This document shows, piece after piece, positions 24,043 through 37,479 of a stretch of 64,000 bases of DNA. Origin of the DNA: Balanoglossus misakiensis (Eukaryota > Animalia > Hemichordata); the NCBI GenBank assembly GCA_040954595.2, contig CM082579.2, positions 12,959,834-13,023,833 on the forward strand. The letters run 5' to 3'. The notes below the pieces were generated by a model, which was not told the DNA's origin, made no database searches, and was given only the letters and a program-made list of their open reading frames with translations. A program made the position numbers and the translations under genes. The first letter of the stretch is position 1; each line of letters opens with the position of its first letter.

Positions 24043-27000
24043 TAGTCCAGGAGCTAGGTGCCGTTAATCAGAACTTTGGTAAGGAAGGTTTGAGAAGTCC
24101 ATTCTATGTAAAAAATGGTGCTGATGCCAAAAAAGTCAGTCTTATTGACCCCACTCAAGACAAAATTGCCATTTTGGCCATTTTTAACCCAAAATGGTCT
24201 TTTTTAGAAAACACTAAAAACACACTGTTTTCGTCACATTCTGAGATCTGATGACATATGATATGCTTATTCTATGTAAAATTTGGTGAATATTACGAAA
24301 ATAGTAGTCCGATTGACCCAAACAACACAAAATTGCCTTTTTGACCATTTTTTGCCCAAAAAACGTCATTTTTAGAAAAAATTTAAAACACATGGTTTTC
24401 TTCATAATGATTGATCTGGTGATATATGGAAAGTCATTTCTATGTTAAAAATGGTGACTTTAAAAAATAAAGCAGTCTTTTTGACCTCAATCAATACAAA
24501 AATGCCATTTTTGGCCACTTTTTGAGGTCAAAAAAGGTCATTTTTACAAAAAAACTAAAAACAAATTGTGCTCTTCATATTCAGAGATCATTGGATATAT
24601 GAAATGTCCATTCTATGTAAAAAATGGTGCTGATTCCAGAAATAGCAGTCTTATTGACCCTACTCAAGAAAAAATGCCATTTTTGCCACTTTTTGCCCCA
24701 AAAACGTCATTTTCAGAAAACACTCAAAATTTATATATTTTCTTCACTTTCGGAGATCTGATAATGTATTATATGCCCAGCCTATGTAAAATTTGGTGAT
24801 TATTCCAAAAAAGCAGATTTATTGACCCAACCCAATGCAAAAATACCCTTTTGGAAAGTTTTTGCCCAAAAAGGCCATTTTTAGAAAAAAAATTAAAAAC
24901 AAACTTTTCTTCATAAAGCTCAGAGATCATGTGATATATGAAATGTTCATCCTATGTAAAAAATGGTGCTGATTCCAGAAATAGCAGTCTTATTGATCCT
25001 ACTCAAGAAAAAATGTCATTTTTGCCACTTTTTGCCCCTAAAACGTCATTTTTAGAAAACACTCAAAATTTATATATTTTCTTCACTTTCGGAGATCTGA
25101 TGATGTATTATATGCCCACTATATGTGAAAAATTTCCAAAAAAGCAGTTTTATTGATGCCACTCAAGATAAAAGTGCCTTTTTGGCAAGTTTTTGCCCCA
25201 AAAGTGTCATTTCTAGAAAACACCCAAAACTTTTATATTTTCTTCACTTTTGGAGATGATGATGTATTATATACCCACTCTATGTGAAAAAAATTCCAAA
25301 AAAAAGTTTTACTGGCGACACTCAAGAAAACAGTGCCCAAAAAGCCACTTTTCGAAAATCATTAAAAACAAACTGTTTTCTTATTATTTGGAGATTCTGT
25401 GGTGTGTGAAAAGTACATGTATTGTAAAATAGGTGTTGTTTCCAGAAATGCAGTCTTAATGACCTCAACCATGATGAAATCGCCTTTTTGGCTAAGTTTT
25501 GCACAAAATTGTTATTTTTAAGAATATATTAATAGCATTCTCTTTTCTTCACTTTCGGTGATCTTATTATAAATAAAAGCCCATTCTATATTGAAACGTG
25601 GTTACTGTTCCAAAAACGGAAGTCTTACTTACCCTATTCAATTGAAATTTCGGCCACTTTTTTGGTCAAAATAGTTCATTAAAAACAAGCAAACTAAAGA
25701 CAAATTGTTTTCTTCATATTCAGAGATCTGATCATTTATGAAAAGTCCATTCTGTGTAAAATTTGGTGACTATCCCAAAAACGGCAGTCTGGTTGGCCCC
25801 ACTCTAGTCAAAATTGCCTTTTTGGCTATTTGTAGCCAAAAAAAGATCTACTCAAGAAAAATTTATCCTTTTAGCCATTTTGTACCGAAAAAATGTTTGT
25901 ATTTGGAGTTTTTGCAAAATTAGCCCAAGTTGAACTCATAATGATGATGAAACAGCGTCGAGAGGAAAAGAAGTTACGAATTGAACAAAACTCGCGTCGA
26001 TGAATGTAAACACGCCGCCCGGGACCAAGCTCCAAACATGATACAGATGACAAAAGACAGGCATTGCGTTGCACAATGCCTAAATATTCCCATACAGCAG
26101 TTCCAAATTAAAACGTCAAGGAATTTAAGTGTTTTTATTATGTTTATTTGGTTTAAACCCACATTTTTCCTGCTGCGTGCTAGTTCAGGGGCCAGTTTTA
26201 GCAGTGCTCTATTGAGTATTCTAGCATCGTTGGGTTGCACTCCTGTCCAATCAGTATGACGGAGGTATCATGATATAAATTATAATATAATTTCCGATTT
26301 TGTATTCAGATTGAAGAGAATAAATTTCAACAATCTCTCTCGAGCTGGCATATCTGAACCTAAATATTTCACACCACGCATAATCGACTTATAGTAGACA
26401 GTGCGTGTACATGGATCATCTTATTGTTGAGTTCAGTTTTGCGCTAAATGTGCCAAATTGTGGCAACTCTGTCTTTCAATATCATCAATGTAATTGACAT
26501 ATGGTTATGACGTTTTAAATATGCATATACAACATCAGAACTCAAAAGGCAGACACATCAATTATATTCGTTTTCTGAAAATGACTATTGTTGACCAAAA
26601 GATGGCTAAATGGCAATTTTGTACTGAGCGGGGTGTCTCAATAAGACCGTTGTGCTGGTATCAGCGTATTTTTTGCACACACAAAAAACAAAACAAAAAC
26701 GAATTTACATACATCACAAGGGCTCTGAATATGAAGGAATAAGTTTGTATTTATTTTTTCTAACAGTTACCCAAAGAGGCCAAAATGGTATTTTTTCCCT
26801 CTGTGGGGTCAGTAAGAGTGAGTTTTTTTTAATGTCACTACTTTTATATATCATTAGATCACCAATGGGAAGAAAATGGCATATTTTCATATTTTCTAGA
26901 AATGACACTTTTTGGGCAAAAACTTTCCAAAAAGGCACTTTTATCTTGAGTGGCATCAATAAAACTGCTTTTTTGGAAATTTTTCACATATAGTGGGCAT

Positions 27001-28717
27001 ATAATACATTATCAGATCTCTGAAAGTGAAGAAAATATATACATTTTGAGTGTTTTCTGAAAATGACGTTTTTGGGGCAAAAAGTGGCAAAATGCCATTT
27101 TTTTCTTGAGTAGGATCAATAAGACTGCTATTTCTGGAATCAGCACCATTTTTTACATAGGATGAACATTTCATATATCACATGATCTCTGAGCTTTATG
27201 AAGAAAAGTTTGTTTTTAATTTTTTTTCTAAAAATGGCCTTTTTGGGCAAAAACTTTCCAAAAGGGCATTTTTGCATTAGGATGGGTCAATAAATCTGCT
27301 TTTTTGGAATAATCACCAAATTTTACATAGGGTGGGCATATAATACATTATCAGATCTCCGAAAAAAGAAGAAAATATATAAATTTTGAGCGTTTTCTGA
27401 AAATGACGTTTTTGGGGCAAAAAGTGGCAAAAATGGCAATTTTTCTTGAGTAGGATCAATTAGACTGCTATTTCTGGAATCAGCACCATTTTTTACATAG
27501 AATGGACATTTCATATATCCAATGATCTCTGAATATGAAGAACACAATTTGTTTTTAGTTTTTTTGTAAAAATGACCTTTTTTGACCTCAAAAAGTGGCC
27601 AAAAATGACATTTTTGTATTGATTGAGGTCAAAAAGACTGCTTTATTTTTTAAAGTCACCACTTTTAACATAGAATTGACTTTCCATATATCACCAGATC
27701 AATTATTATGAAGAAACCCGTGTGTTTTAAATTTTTTCTAAAAATGACGTTTTTTGGGCAAAAAATGGTCAAAAAGGCAATTTTGTGTTGTTTTGGGTCA
27801 ATCGGACTACTTTTTTCGTAATAGGGTAGTCCAGGAGATAGGTGCCGTTAATCAGAATTTTTGGTAAGGAAGGTTTGAGAAGTCCATTCTATGTATAAAA
27901 TGGCGCTGATTCCAAAAAAGTCAGTCTTATTGACCCCACTCAAGACAAAATTGCCATTTTGGCCATTTTTAACCCAAAAATGGTCTTTTTTAGAAAACAC
28001 TAAAAACACACTGTTTTCGTCACATTCTGAGATCTGATGACATATGATATGCTTATTTAAAATTTGGTGAATATTACGAAAAAAAGTAGTCCGATTGACC
28101 CAAAACAACAGACAATTGCCTTTTTGACCATTTTTTGCCCCAAAAACGTCATTTTTAGAAAAAAAATTAAAACACACGGTTTTCTTCATAATGATTGATC
28201 TGGTGATATGTGGAAAGTCAATTCTATCTTAAAAGTGGTGACTTTAAAAAATAAAGCAGTCTTTTTGACCTCAATCAATACAAAAATGCAATTTTTGGCC
28301 ACTTTTTGAGGTCAAAAAGGTCATTTTTACAAAAAAACTAAAAATAAATTGTGTTTTTCATATTCAGAGATCATTGGATATATGAAATGTCCATTCTATG
28401 TAAAAAATGGTGCTGATTCCAGAAATAGCAGTCTTATTGACCCTTCTCAAGAAAAAATTCCATTTTTGCCACTTTTTACCCAAAAACGTCATTTTTAGAA
28501 AACACTCAAAATTTATATATTTTCTTCACTTTCGGAGATCTGATATTGTATTATATGCCCACCCTATGTAAAACTTGGTGATTATTCCAAAAAAAGCAGA
28601 TTTATTGACCCAACCTAATGCAAAAAATGCCCTTTTGGAAAGTTTTTGCCCAAAAAGGCCATTTTTAGAAAAAAAATTAAAAACAAACTTTTCATCATAA
28701 AGCTCAGAGATCACGTG
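24043..28717. repeat. Foldback-like block of degenerate ~170-bp tandem repeats in three arms (+ 24043-~25900, - ~26520-27823, + 27827-28717)
   Basis: TATGT(A/T)AAA...TGGTG recurs at about 24107, 24273, 24442, 24615, 24783 and 24953. The start TAGTCCAGGAG(C/A)TAGGTGCCGTTAATCAGAA occurs at 24043 and 27827. The middle arm is the reverse complement of 24291 onward. Confidence 0.88.
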
Positions 28718-29597
28718 GATAGCGAAAATGACCATGTGCTTCTGCCTATAAGACGCACATTTTCTGAAAGTTTATTGCTTCGTCTCCACTTTACTGCAAA
28801 AATTAGACGTAGGACCCTTGTACTTTTAAAGTGAGAGTGATTTTAAAATGTCTTGTTTTTTTAGCATGCTTATAAAGATCGGTTCGCCATTTGGTCAAAT
28901 ATGCGTCGATTTTTTCTGTTTTCACTTCTTTATTTCCGTTACATCGAGACAAAAAAATGGTGATAATTTTACAGTCATTTACCACTTCTTTGTGACCTAA
29001 ACAGCAAGTTTTCGTGAGTACTGCTGAGAGCACCCGAGGGGGTGTGTCACTGTGTACGTTGACTTCGGCAACGGTCACCCAACGTCAAAGGACAGCGTAG
29101 ACAAAGCGAACACAATAGGTGTGAATGGGCTTAAGAGGCAGTCCTAAGTCCTTCTCTTTTTATGTCCATGGTTAGAGCTACCAGTAGGTGCTAAAATATC
29201 TGAACGTCAGCTATTCTGGCAATCCAGCAATCCTGCTCACCAATTTCTTTACCTTTTGTTCTAGCTAATCCTCAAGGCCTTTGATCTTGGCCGATGTTCC
29301 GCGTCTTTTTTTCTCTACGGGTTATGCTCAAAATTATAAATCTTCACATACTACACCAAACTGAATGAAAAGTCTAAGAATAAAAGAGATATACTTACTC
29401 GTTGGTTGTATCAGATGAATCTTCTATGGTTACATAAAGCTGTTTTACCTGCCGCTGCAAAGTAAAACAAGGGACATTTGAGATAACAATACAAATGCTT
29501 GGTGGAAATGTCAAATTGTCAATCAAAACCTGTTTCTACATAGACATGCTTGATGCACTAATGCAAACGGCAGAAATAAAAAAGGACTCGGACTAAC

Positions 29598-30561
29598 CAT
29601 AGACCCTAGAGAAAGAAGGACGCGCAACTGCGGCAAAGATCAAAGGGTTTGGGGATTATCGGTATGATGATGTTCTTTTGCATATAATTAACACCTAGGA
29701 CGGTGGCAAGCGTGAATCTCCACTTTGGCACTCGTCGATGTCATTAGCATATCATTAACATATCACCAAAACAATAAACGCAACTCTGTGATGGGCGACA
29801 GTAAGCAAAACTGGCACTCCTATATTTCAGCAGCCACTGCGTTTTTTTCTAAAATTCAAAACGTATTACGTTTTCTGTGCTATTTATTATGGTTTGGTGT
29901 TCGTCTGTCGGTTGAACGGTCATTTCTAGTGCCACAAGCTTCATTTAAAAATTGTAAACAAATCATCCATGATTTTTGCATGTCCGACTGGGCACTCATA
30001 CTTCTTGGTAATGCTGACACTTTTCGTAATAATCATACTTCTTGGTAATGCTGACACTTTTTGTAATAATTTTATGTTTGCGTGAAGCATTGAAACAAAA
30101 ATTGTGGTTTAGGGGCATTTTATTTCGCAGTGCGTGAACAATGAAACAGATTTCACGAAAACAATTTGTAAACAAACTTTGTGGATTTTCACGTGTGCGC
30201 TATGGCCGCCATCTTGGTTTTTCATGGTTGACGACGACAGGAAACCCTAGGTAGGGTTAGCTCACAGCCTTGTCAAATACCGGGACTGTTAGACAAAAGA
30301 TGCTTGTTTTGGACGCTGTCAGACTCAGAAGTGCCAAATTCGTGTTTAACTTGTCCAGATGTGTTCCATAAATGATCGCTGCAGTTCAACCACGTTGCAG
30401 TTTTCTCGTCTTTTCTCGCAAAACGCGAGACTTTGCGTTAGTTTATACATAGTTTATTTGCAAATTGGATTATTGGGGATTATCCGAAAATAATGAATGC
30501 AAAAGAACATCGTTTCAAGAAAAACCTGGAGTTGCGCGTCCTTCTTTCTCTAGGGTCTATG
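29598..30561. mobile_element. P-element-like MITE, 964 bp
   Basis: Perfect 32-bp TIR CATAGACCCTAGAGAAAGAAGGACGCGCAACT; 7-bp TSD GACTAAC (29591-97, 30562-68). CA...TG ends with a 7-8 bp TSD fit the P superfamily. Confidence 0.85.
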
Positions 30562-31249
30562 GACTAACATAGCACATTATCCCATAGTAATCCAATTAGT
30601 TTCATAGTAACCAATCGAGTAGAAATAGTGTCAAAACACAGACACATGGGTGGGGTGGATATTACTGTAATTACAATAATCATACGATCCGGTCTTCCTC
30701 TGTTGGTGCATAGATTACCACCGCCGCATGTCAATTTTCCCACAAAGATTTCTGTTCTGCGTCCAGACTATCAAGTTTCTGTGACAACTCTTATTTTGCT
30801 TTGTCTGGTGTTGAAACAAACTTATGCACACGGTTGACGGCGTTCAGTGACTGCCAGCGGTGCTGGTGTTTCTACGTACCGGAGGTGGACGTCGTAAAAC
30901 GTCGTAAAACAACCAGCGTTTTGCGACATAGAGTTGGCGCAGAAGTGCGACCCAGATCTTTCAACTTACGAAAGCGTTTGCTTTTAAAAACGGGTGGTCC
31001 AAATAATCCTAATAATTAGCATGAATATACGTACAAATACATGAACGTATACTGTAAGCACACTATTCGGTAGAAAATAACTACAAATACGTAGGTCTGC
31101 AATAAAGGAAGGCTCCTCACACCTCAATTATAAATTTCTTAAAGTAATTGAAGTATATAATAGTATATCGTTGTAATAAAGAAATCTATGAACAAAATAA
31201 AATGACAAGTCAATACAATAGTTGCTAGAATTGGTAAAACAAGAAAATT

Positions 31250-31895
31250 GGCAGGGGTGGGCATGGGAGGGGGGGGGTCCCCCTGCCATGTAAGAATTTT
31301 TTAAAAATACGGTGCTCAAAGTTGCATTTTAATGAACTCAAAAGCAAATTAACTCAATGTTAGGCAGGACAAATTTGAATTTTGCCACTCTACTCAAAGT
31401 AAGCATCGGGGGGGGGGGGGAGAAGTCTGCCCTGGTACACAACAAGATAAACCAGCGAATAAATGATATGTGACGAAGAATGGAGGGGGTGGGTGCACCC
31501 CCTCCCACATTTTGTAAAATACAGTGCTCAAAGTTGCATTTTTATGAACTCAAAAGCAAATTATCTCAATGTTTTGGAGGACCAATTTTACTTTTTGCCA
31601 CTCCACTCAAAGTTAGAAGATTTGGCGTTTATCTTCGTCATGACATCATTTATAAAACTTTTAGTATATAGAAGATGCAGCACGAAACTATCAGTTATGT
31701 GACATGGTTTAAACGATTATTCTCCTTTATGTATTTACTTTGTTAAATATTGTCATCAGTGGGGTTGGGGTGGCAAGCACTCAGCCCTGGTACACTAGAC
31801 AAACCAGCAAAAAATGAAGTGTGCCGTATAATGAAGGGGTGGGTGTAAAATAAAGGGCGCGAAACTGCAATTTTGTGGACTCAAAAGCAAAAGTT
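31250..31895. repeat. Degenerate tandem repeat, about 3 copies, with G-rich spacers
   Basis: GTGCTCAAAGTTGCATTTT...GAACTCAAAAGCAAA at ~31312 and ~31524, and a diverged copy at ~31860. CCCTGGTACAC at ~31430 and ~31785. Confidence 0.6.
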
Positions 31896-32047
31896 CAGTG
31901 GCAAAAGTATGTGACCCCCCCTAAACGTTTAAAAAACCCAGATGACCCCCCTCACCTTTTGGACTTCAAAATTTAAGTGACCCCCCCCCCCCCCTGGATT
32001 TTGCCGCCCCCCCCCCCCCCCGGCCGTAAAAACTGAACGGACCCTAT

Positions 32048-32190
32048 AGCAATAAAACACCCCAAGCCATGGTATACCACACGATTTTGACCTGTTCAAC
32101 TCAATGTACGCACGAGCGATAGCAAGTGCGTATATGTCGTGAACTGGTCAAAATCTCATGGTATACCATGGCTGGGGGTGTTTTATTGCT
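32048..32190. mobile_element. Palindromic 143-bp MITE-like element
   Basis: AGCAATAAAACACCCCAAGCCATGGTATACCA pairs with TGGTATACCATGGCTGGGGGTGTTTTATTGCT, and the pairing continues imperfectly to a small loop. No clear TSD. Confidence 0.75.
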
Positions 32191-32945
32191 TAAACATACA
32201 GTCGACCTACATCTAGAGTCTACAGGTGTTGTGCCGAATTCGGCCCCATGCCGAATACGTCCCCGCGCATGCCTTGACAAACAAACCATGGCTTCTAAGG
32301 GATAAGATCGGCCGGTAAAGCTGCCGATTTCAGCCCCGTTGCCGATTAAGACCCCAACTAAAGTCATGTTAACTATTGAAAGCTAAAAGTGATGGTTTCG
32401 GCCTAAATGGGTGAATATCTGCCCATGGCCCTGATTTGTTGGTGGAATGAAATTAAATCCTTGCGGTAATGCAATGTCCAAGTTTACAGTGCAGTACAAT
32501 GTACATTCATGCACAGCCTTACATGCACGTTGGATGGCAAAACTTTCACACAAGAAAATGCAATATTTCAGACACATGTTACTGATGACCCGAGCTTTTA
32601 CTCTTACATAAGTTTGCGTGCATGAACCATGTTTTGGTTTGCAGTGGAAATTCTAGTCGAAACTACTGCCAACTTAGGGCCGTTTTCTGAATAGAAATCA
32701 CGCTTGTTTGTCAAGGCATGCGCGGGACGTATTCGGCATGGGGCCGAATTCGGCACAACACCGGAAAACTTTCCTATTCGCTCGGGCCAGTCTGTTCTAC
32801 GCATCACTCCGAAATATGCAAATAACGAGACGGTGTTTGGAAGCAACCAAATGGATATTTTAGAACAAACAGTCGACCTACAGAGTCTACCGTAGAACTT
32901 TCTTATGCGCTCAGGCCTGTGTAATCTACGTATCACAACGAGAAA
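32191..32945 (+). repeat. Short dispersed copy (~1.7 monomers) of the 127-bp repeat found at 38150-39239
   Basis: ACAGTCGACCTACAGAGTCTAC...TTCTACGCATCAC...ATATGCAAATAACGAGACGG matches the array monomer; interrupted by the Ginger-like MITE. Confidence 0.85.
32227..32760. mobile_element. Ginger-like MITE, 534 bp, inserted in a 127-bp repeat monomer
   Basis: TGT...ACA ends; ~55-bp TIR TGTTGTGCCGAATTCGGCCCCATGCCGAATACGTCCC...; flanks CAGG/CCGG at the CCGG of the monomer (GAGTCTACCGGAAAAC). A 4-bp CCGG-type TSD is typical of Ginger. Confidence 0.8.
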
Positions 32946-34465
32946 TGCCACAGCTTTATAGTCGGTGCGCGCATAAGGGGAATTTTCCACACAGTACCAA
33001 AATTGCGTCTAACCGACAACTAATTGTCATACAAAAACTGCCTACTCATTTATCATATTCCAACTGAGAGGTTTTTACAGCAGACTGTTTGCGGAATATA
33101 AAATCCTAAGACTAGAATAGCGTCCGAATTCGTACAGAAAACTGCGTTGCCCCTTCGATCTGAACGGCCATTTTCATTTATAAAATATATGCATGCACAG
33201 CCCAACAACCTCGTTCGCGAACAACTCCTTCTCCACAGTGCAGCCAGTGGCGGATGGGGCCGTCGTATCGCGCACAACATAAACTGGAAAACTGCGCGCA
33301 TTTGTCGTTTTCCCCATAGGATTATATTGATATTGCTAGAAAACTTACTTCCACTATTTTCATTTTCACGAAACTTCAGTCAAGTAAAAATAAATGCATT
33401 GGTCAAATAAAATTGTTTGTCACCGCGCTCCATTTTGAGATAAATTTCGTGAAATATTTTCGCATAGGTAACTATTGATGGAAAATGCTGAGTGTACCAA
33501 ATTCATGGTTCTGTATTTCAAAAACAAGCGCGGTGACCCATATATTTTATTACGGATTTTCATTATGCATACAAAGGAGAATCCAAAAATCCACAATTAA
33601 AAGAAATGACAATACTTTCAATTTTACTTAACGTACATCCTTAAGATGAAATTCTCACCTTCAATTTTACACCAACACTGGTACAGCATTTGCGAGAAAA
33701 TGGCGAGGAACGCACACTTTCTGGCTGTTCCGCGAGAACCATGTGAGAACACAATATCCTCGCAATAGGTAAGCGAGATTTGTGTTTTCTCGCAATAGGT
33801 CAGCGAGAATTAATCATCTATCGTCACTCCACTCCTGAAGAAACCGTCCCTGGATTTCAAAATACTCAAGAATTATCGCCCTGTTTCCAATCTTCCATTT
33901 CTTTCCAAAGTATTCGAGAAGATCGTCGCGGCTCAAATCACTGACTACCTCACCAAAAACTCTCTCCAGGTACCATTACAGTCAGCATACAGAAAATACC
34001 ACAGTACAGAAACTGCACTTCTGAAAGTACACAACGACATCTGTTTATCCGTGGACTCTGGCAACTATGTTCTTCTCATCCTCCTTGATCTGTCCGGTGC
34101 TTTTGACACAAATGATCACAATATACTACTTCATCGACTCTCACATCTTGGTATCTCCGGTGTCGCATTCAAATGGTTCACTTCATATTTGAAGCAACGG
34201 GAACAGTCTGTTAAAATCAACGATGTCATCAGTGAACCATCAGAACTCAGCTTCGGCGTCCCTCAGGGTCCAGTTCTCGGGCCTCTCTTGTTTACTATCA
34301 TACATTGCTCCACTATCAAATTTGATACACAAGCACAATCTACATTTTCACCAGTACGCAGATGACAACCAGCTTTATCTTTCATTTTCTCATCGTGACT
34401 CTCCCGCAGCCTTGTCTTCGATTAAACCTGCATTCTCGACATCAAGGAATGGATGACCCATAATA

Positions 34466-36291
34466 CAGTCAGATCGCACGGCATTCATTAACATATGCAA
34501 ATGAAGAAAGTACTTCAAACCATGTAGCCGTTAGAGTGGGCCCCGCTGACGGGTCGCGAAATAGGCCATTTTTTTACTCGATATTATAGAGCTGTTTTCA
34601 GGCGATGTGGATTATTTTAAGACAAAACCGTGGATTCACTTGAAGGTAGGTATACTGGATTGTTACTGAATGATTTTTTGGCAACTTCTGTCGAGTAGTT
34701 TCTTTGTAATCACGAAATTTCTGACGACTGTGAAAAAACACATAGCGTTGACATCCTCTCGATTATTTTTAAGCTGACCGTTACACATGGATTTTACCAT
34801 GAAATTTCAAACTTTTATCAAAATATAGACATCAAACTCCCTCTCTTTGAGTTTTCATTCACTTCCAAGCTTTGATAATGACGATATGACCAGTTCAATT
34901 TTGTTTACCTTTCAACCTGTGAGCGCCATTTTGTTTATTTTTCAACCCGTGAGCGCCACTTCTTCTGCAAAATGGCGGGAGAAGACAGCATGCATGTGTA
35001 CGTATATACGCTGGCGCAGGCTTGATCCTGGGTTTTACCAGCTGCGTAGTTTTCCCTCCTCTCTCGTGCGAAGAAATTTTGATTGCTGATATGTAATCCC
35101 GAGTTTTACTAAACCCTAACAATTATTTTATGAAGGTTTGCCCGTCAAGGAAACTCACTTTTTTTAATTTTATTGTTCTTTCAGATTGATGAAGACTGAT
35201 TTTTGTGGTGGTGGTGGTGTTGCAGTTGACTGTTTTATTTTAGCTGTCTGAGTTGACAATTTATTCTGTATTTTGTTGTATTTTTAACTCTTTATCCTGT
35301 ATTTTGTAGTAGTATTTTGAACACTGTTTAATAAATAAATTACTATTATTATTATTTATCGACCCAATGCAATGATGACAAATCGCTCGCCTTCAGACAC
35401 AAATGTTGTATTTATTGCATATATCATCGGCGAATAAAGGGAAGTGGTTTCGAAGTTACACTTGGCATTTTCGAAAAGTCTACTTATATCCCACGATGCG
35501 GAGAAAAAAATATATACAAAATACGTCAGCTGAGCTCCTCACGTACGGTAAACCTGGCATTCTGTGCATGGGTAATCAAATATTTGTTTGTAGCCCAATG
35601 TAGGCGAACGGCGTGGAGCACCCGGGCGCGGCACTCGTGCGATTGATCGATGTTGTGTCGAAATCAGGCCAGTAATTAAGTTAAAACTTGGCTGATATGT
35701 TACCTTAGAGTGTTATAACTATCCAGTAACTTTTACTTGACAAGTGTCTTTTAGAAACTGTTTTCCCCACGATAAACGTGTCGTTTCACGAGCAACGCAA
35801 CACTTCCGTATTTACAAGCCTAACATGGAGAGGTCAACGTAGGGCCTATACTTCCGGGTCATATCGTCGAACTACATCGATTATTTTTAAGCTGACCGTT
35901 ACACAAGCATTTCGAGTTAATTTCTTTTCATGGATGTTGGGACCGATATTAGACCTATCTGTCACGAAAACTTGGTTAACTTCCGAGGTCGTCTTCAAAT
36001 GATTTTTGGCACGTTTGTGGACGTCTCTTCCGAGGTCACCAACATACCACCGAAAACACGCTAAAAACTACTACTATTACCGACAGATTCTCATAAAATT
36101 TACGTCTGCAGTGCAAAATAGGAATCACTTTCGAAATTTATCGAGCTAGCATGGTATTTTATTGTACCACGGAGTGTAAAAATCAAGTTGAAAATCACCT
36201 TGAAAACTGGCCTATTGCCGTCTGTTTGAAAATTAACGGTCGCTGGCTTGACGAACTTTCATATGCAAATGAGCACCGTGCGATCTGACTG
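34466..36291. mobile_element. Non-autonomous TIR element, 1826 bp (Academ-like ends), nested in the LINE RT
   Basis: TIR CAGTCAGATCGCACGG; 4-bp TSD AATA (34462-65, 36292-95). Removing it restores the LINE frame T-H-N-K-L-Q-L-N. ATGCAAAT lies near both ends. Confidence 0.85.
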
Positions 36292-37067
36292 AATAAACTC
36301 CAGCTTAATGACAGTAAAACCGAAGTCCTTCTGATTCGCTCCAAGTTTAACAGCTCACCAGATCCTGTTAACAGTGTCAACATGGGTTCCATTTCTGTCA
36401 CACCAGTCTCATCTGCTCGCAATATTGGCAAGATCCTCTTCGGCAGTAATCATATGTTCAGTCAGCAAATCGATCTACAGTCACCTCCGCCGAATTGGAT
36501 CTATACGACGTTACATCACCAACGATACTTGCCAAACCTTAGTACATGCAACTCTATCTGCCAAACTTGACTACTGTAACTCACTCCTGTATGGTCTCCC
36601 AGAAAACACAATCGCCCTATTACAAAGAGCTCAGAATACTTCAGCCAGAATTGTCATGCGCACTAAGAAATTCACGCCTATCACTCCAGTTCTTGCCCCG
36701 TCTCAGGATCGACTACTAAATTGTGTTGATAACTTTCAAAGTTATCCATAACCAGACTCCCGCTTCCATCAGTGATCTACTGCAGCCATACACTCCCACT
36801 CGTACACTGCGTTCATCCACCAAGAAACTTTTAACATGTACAACCTACAAAAACAAGACCTATGGCGGCCGTGCCTTCTGCTATTCAGCCCCTAAACTGT
36901 GGAACGCACTTCCTCTTGTCATCAGGGAATCTACAAACCTGGAGACTTTCAAAAGAAAACTGAAAACTCGCATGTTCGAAAGAGCATACAGTGTGGTTTA
37001 ACCATGAGCGTCATTGGGCAAAATTTCTTGTTTTGGATTTTGGCGCTATATAAACTTTTTGTTGATA

Positions 37068-37163
<96 letters not shown>
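37068..37163 (+). repeat. (GATT)n microsatellite, LINE 3' tail
   Basis: About 24 uninterrupted GATT units after the LINE 3' UTR. Confidence 0.95.
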
Positions 37164-37165
<2 letters not shown>

Positions 37166-37479
37166 GAATTAACTTTTCTCGTGCTGCATATGCGAGAAAT
37201 GTAATTCTCACAGTCAACCGCGTGTAGCCAATGTAAGGTCGGGAAAAGAGTATACAGATATAGATGCAAAGTGGGTAAACAATTTTCTCGCGACTGACTG
37301 CAATACTTCACTTGCAGATTTCTCGCTGGACCTGTTGCGATGAAGATTGTGTTCTTGCATGCTTAAACAGCGAGAAAGTGTCCGGGACTCCGTTCCTCGC
37401 CATTTTCTCACAAAATGCTGTTACTAGTGCAATCTGTACACAAATGAACCATGTGACCATTTGGAACAAATTAACTTCA

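Larger units (their letters stand above)
33814..37163 (+). mobile_element. 5'-truncated, decayed L2-clade LINE (reverse transcriptase pseudogene)
   Basis: Motifs VTPLLKKP..NYRPVSNLPFLSKVFEK, LDLSGAFDT.DH..LL.RL, GVPQG.VLGPLLF, YADD.QLY, WMTHNKLQLNDSKTE, LDYCNSLLYGLP, RAF.YSAPKLWN.LP; (GATT)n tail; 9-bp TSD GAGAATTAA (33805-13, 37164-72); frameshifts. Confidence 0.92.
33676..37429. mobile_element. Non-autonomous CACTA/EnSpm element (~400 bp of its own sequence) hosting a LINE
   Basis: Termini CACTGGTA-CAGCATTT...GAGAAAATGGCGAGGAACG / CGTTCCTCGCCATTTTCTC...AAATGCTGTTACTAGTG; 3-bp TSD CAA (33673-75, 37430-32); many subterminal GCGAGAA/TTCTCGC repeats. Confidence 0.82.

Noticed and set aside
24214-28834. 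Recurring Lys/Phe-rich ORFs
   Set aside because: Products of A/T-run-rich tandem repeats; frames break between monomers.
29085-29170. Harbinger-like and P-like right termini
   Set aside because: No matching left ends or TSDs found in the window.
36949-37311. SINQ-repeat protein
   Set aside because: Translation of the (GATT)n tail.
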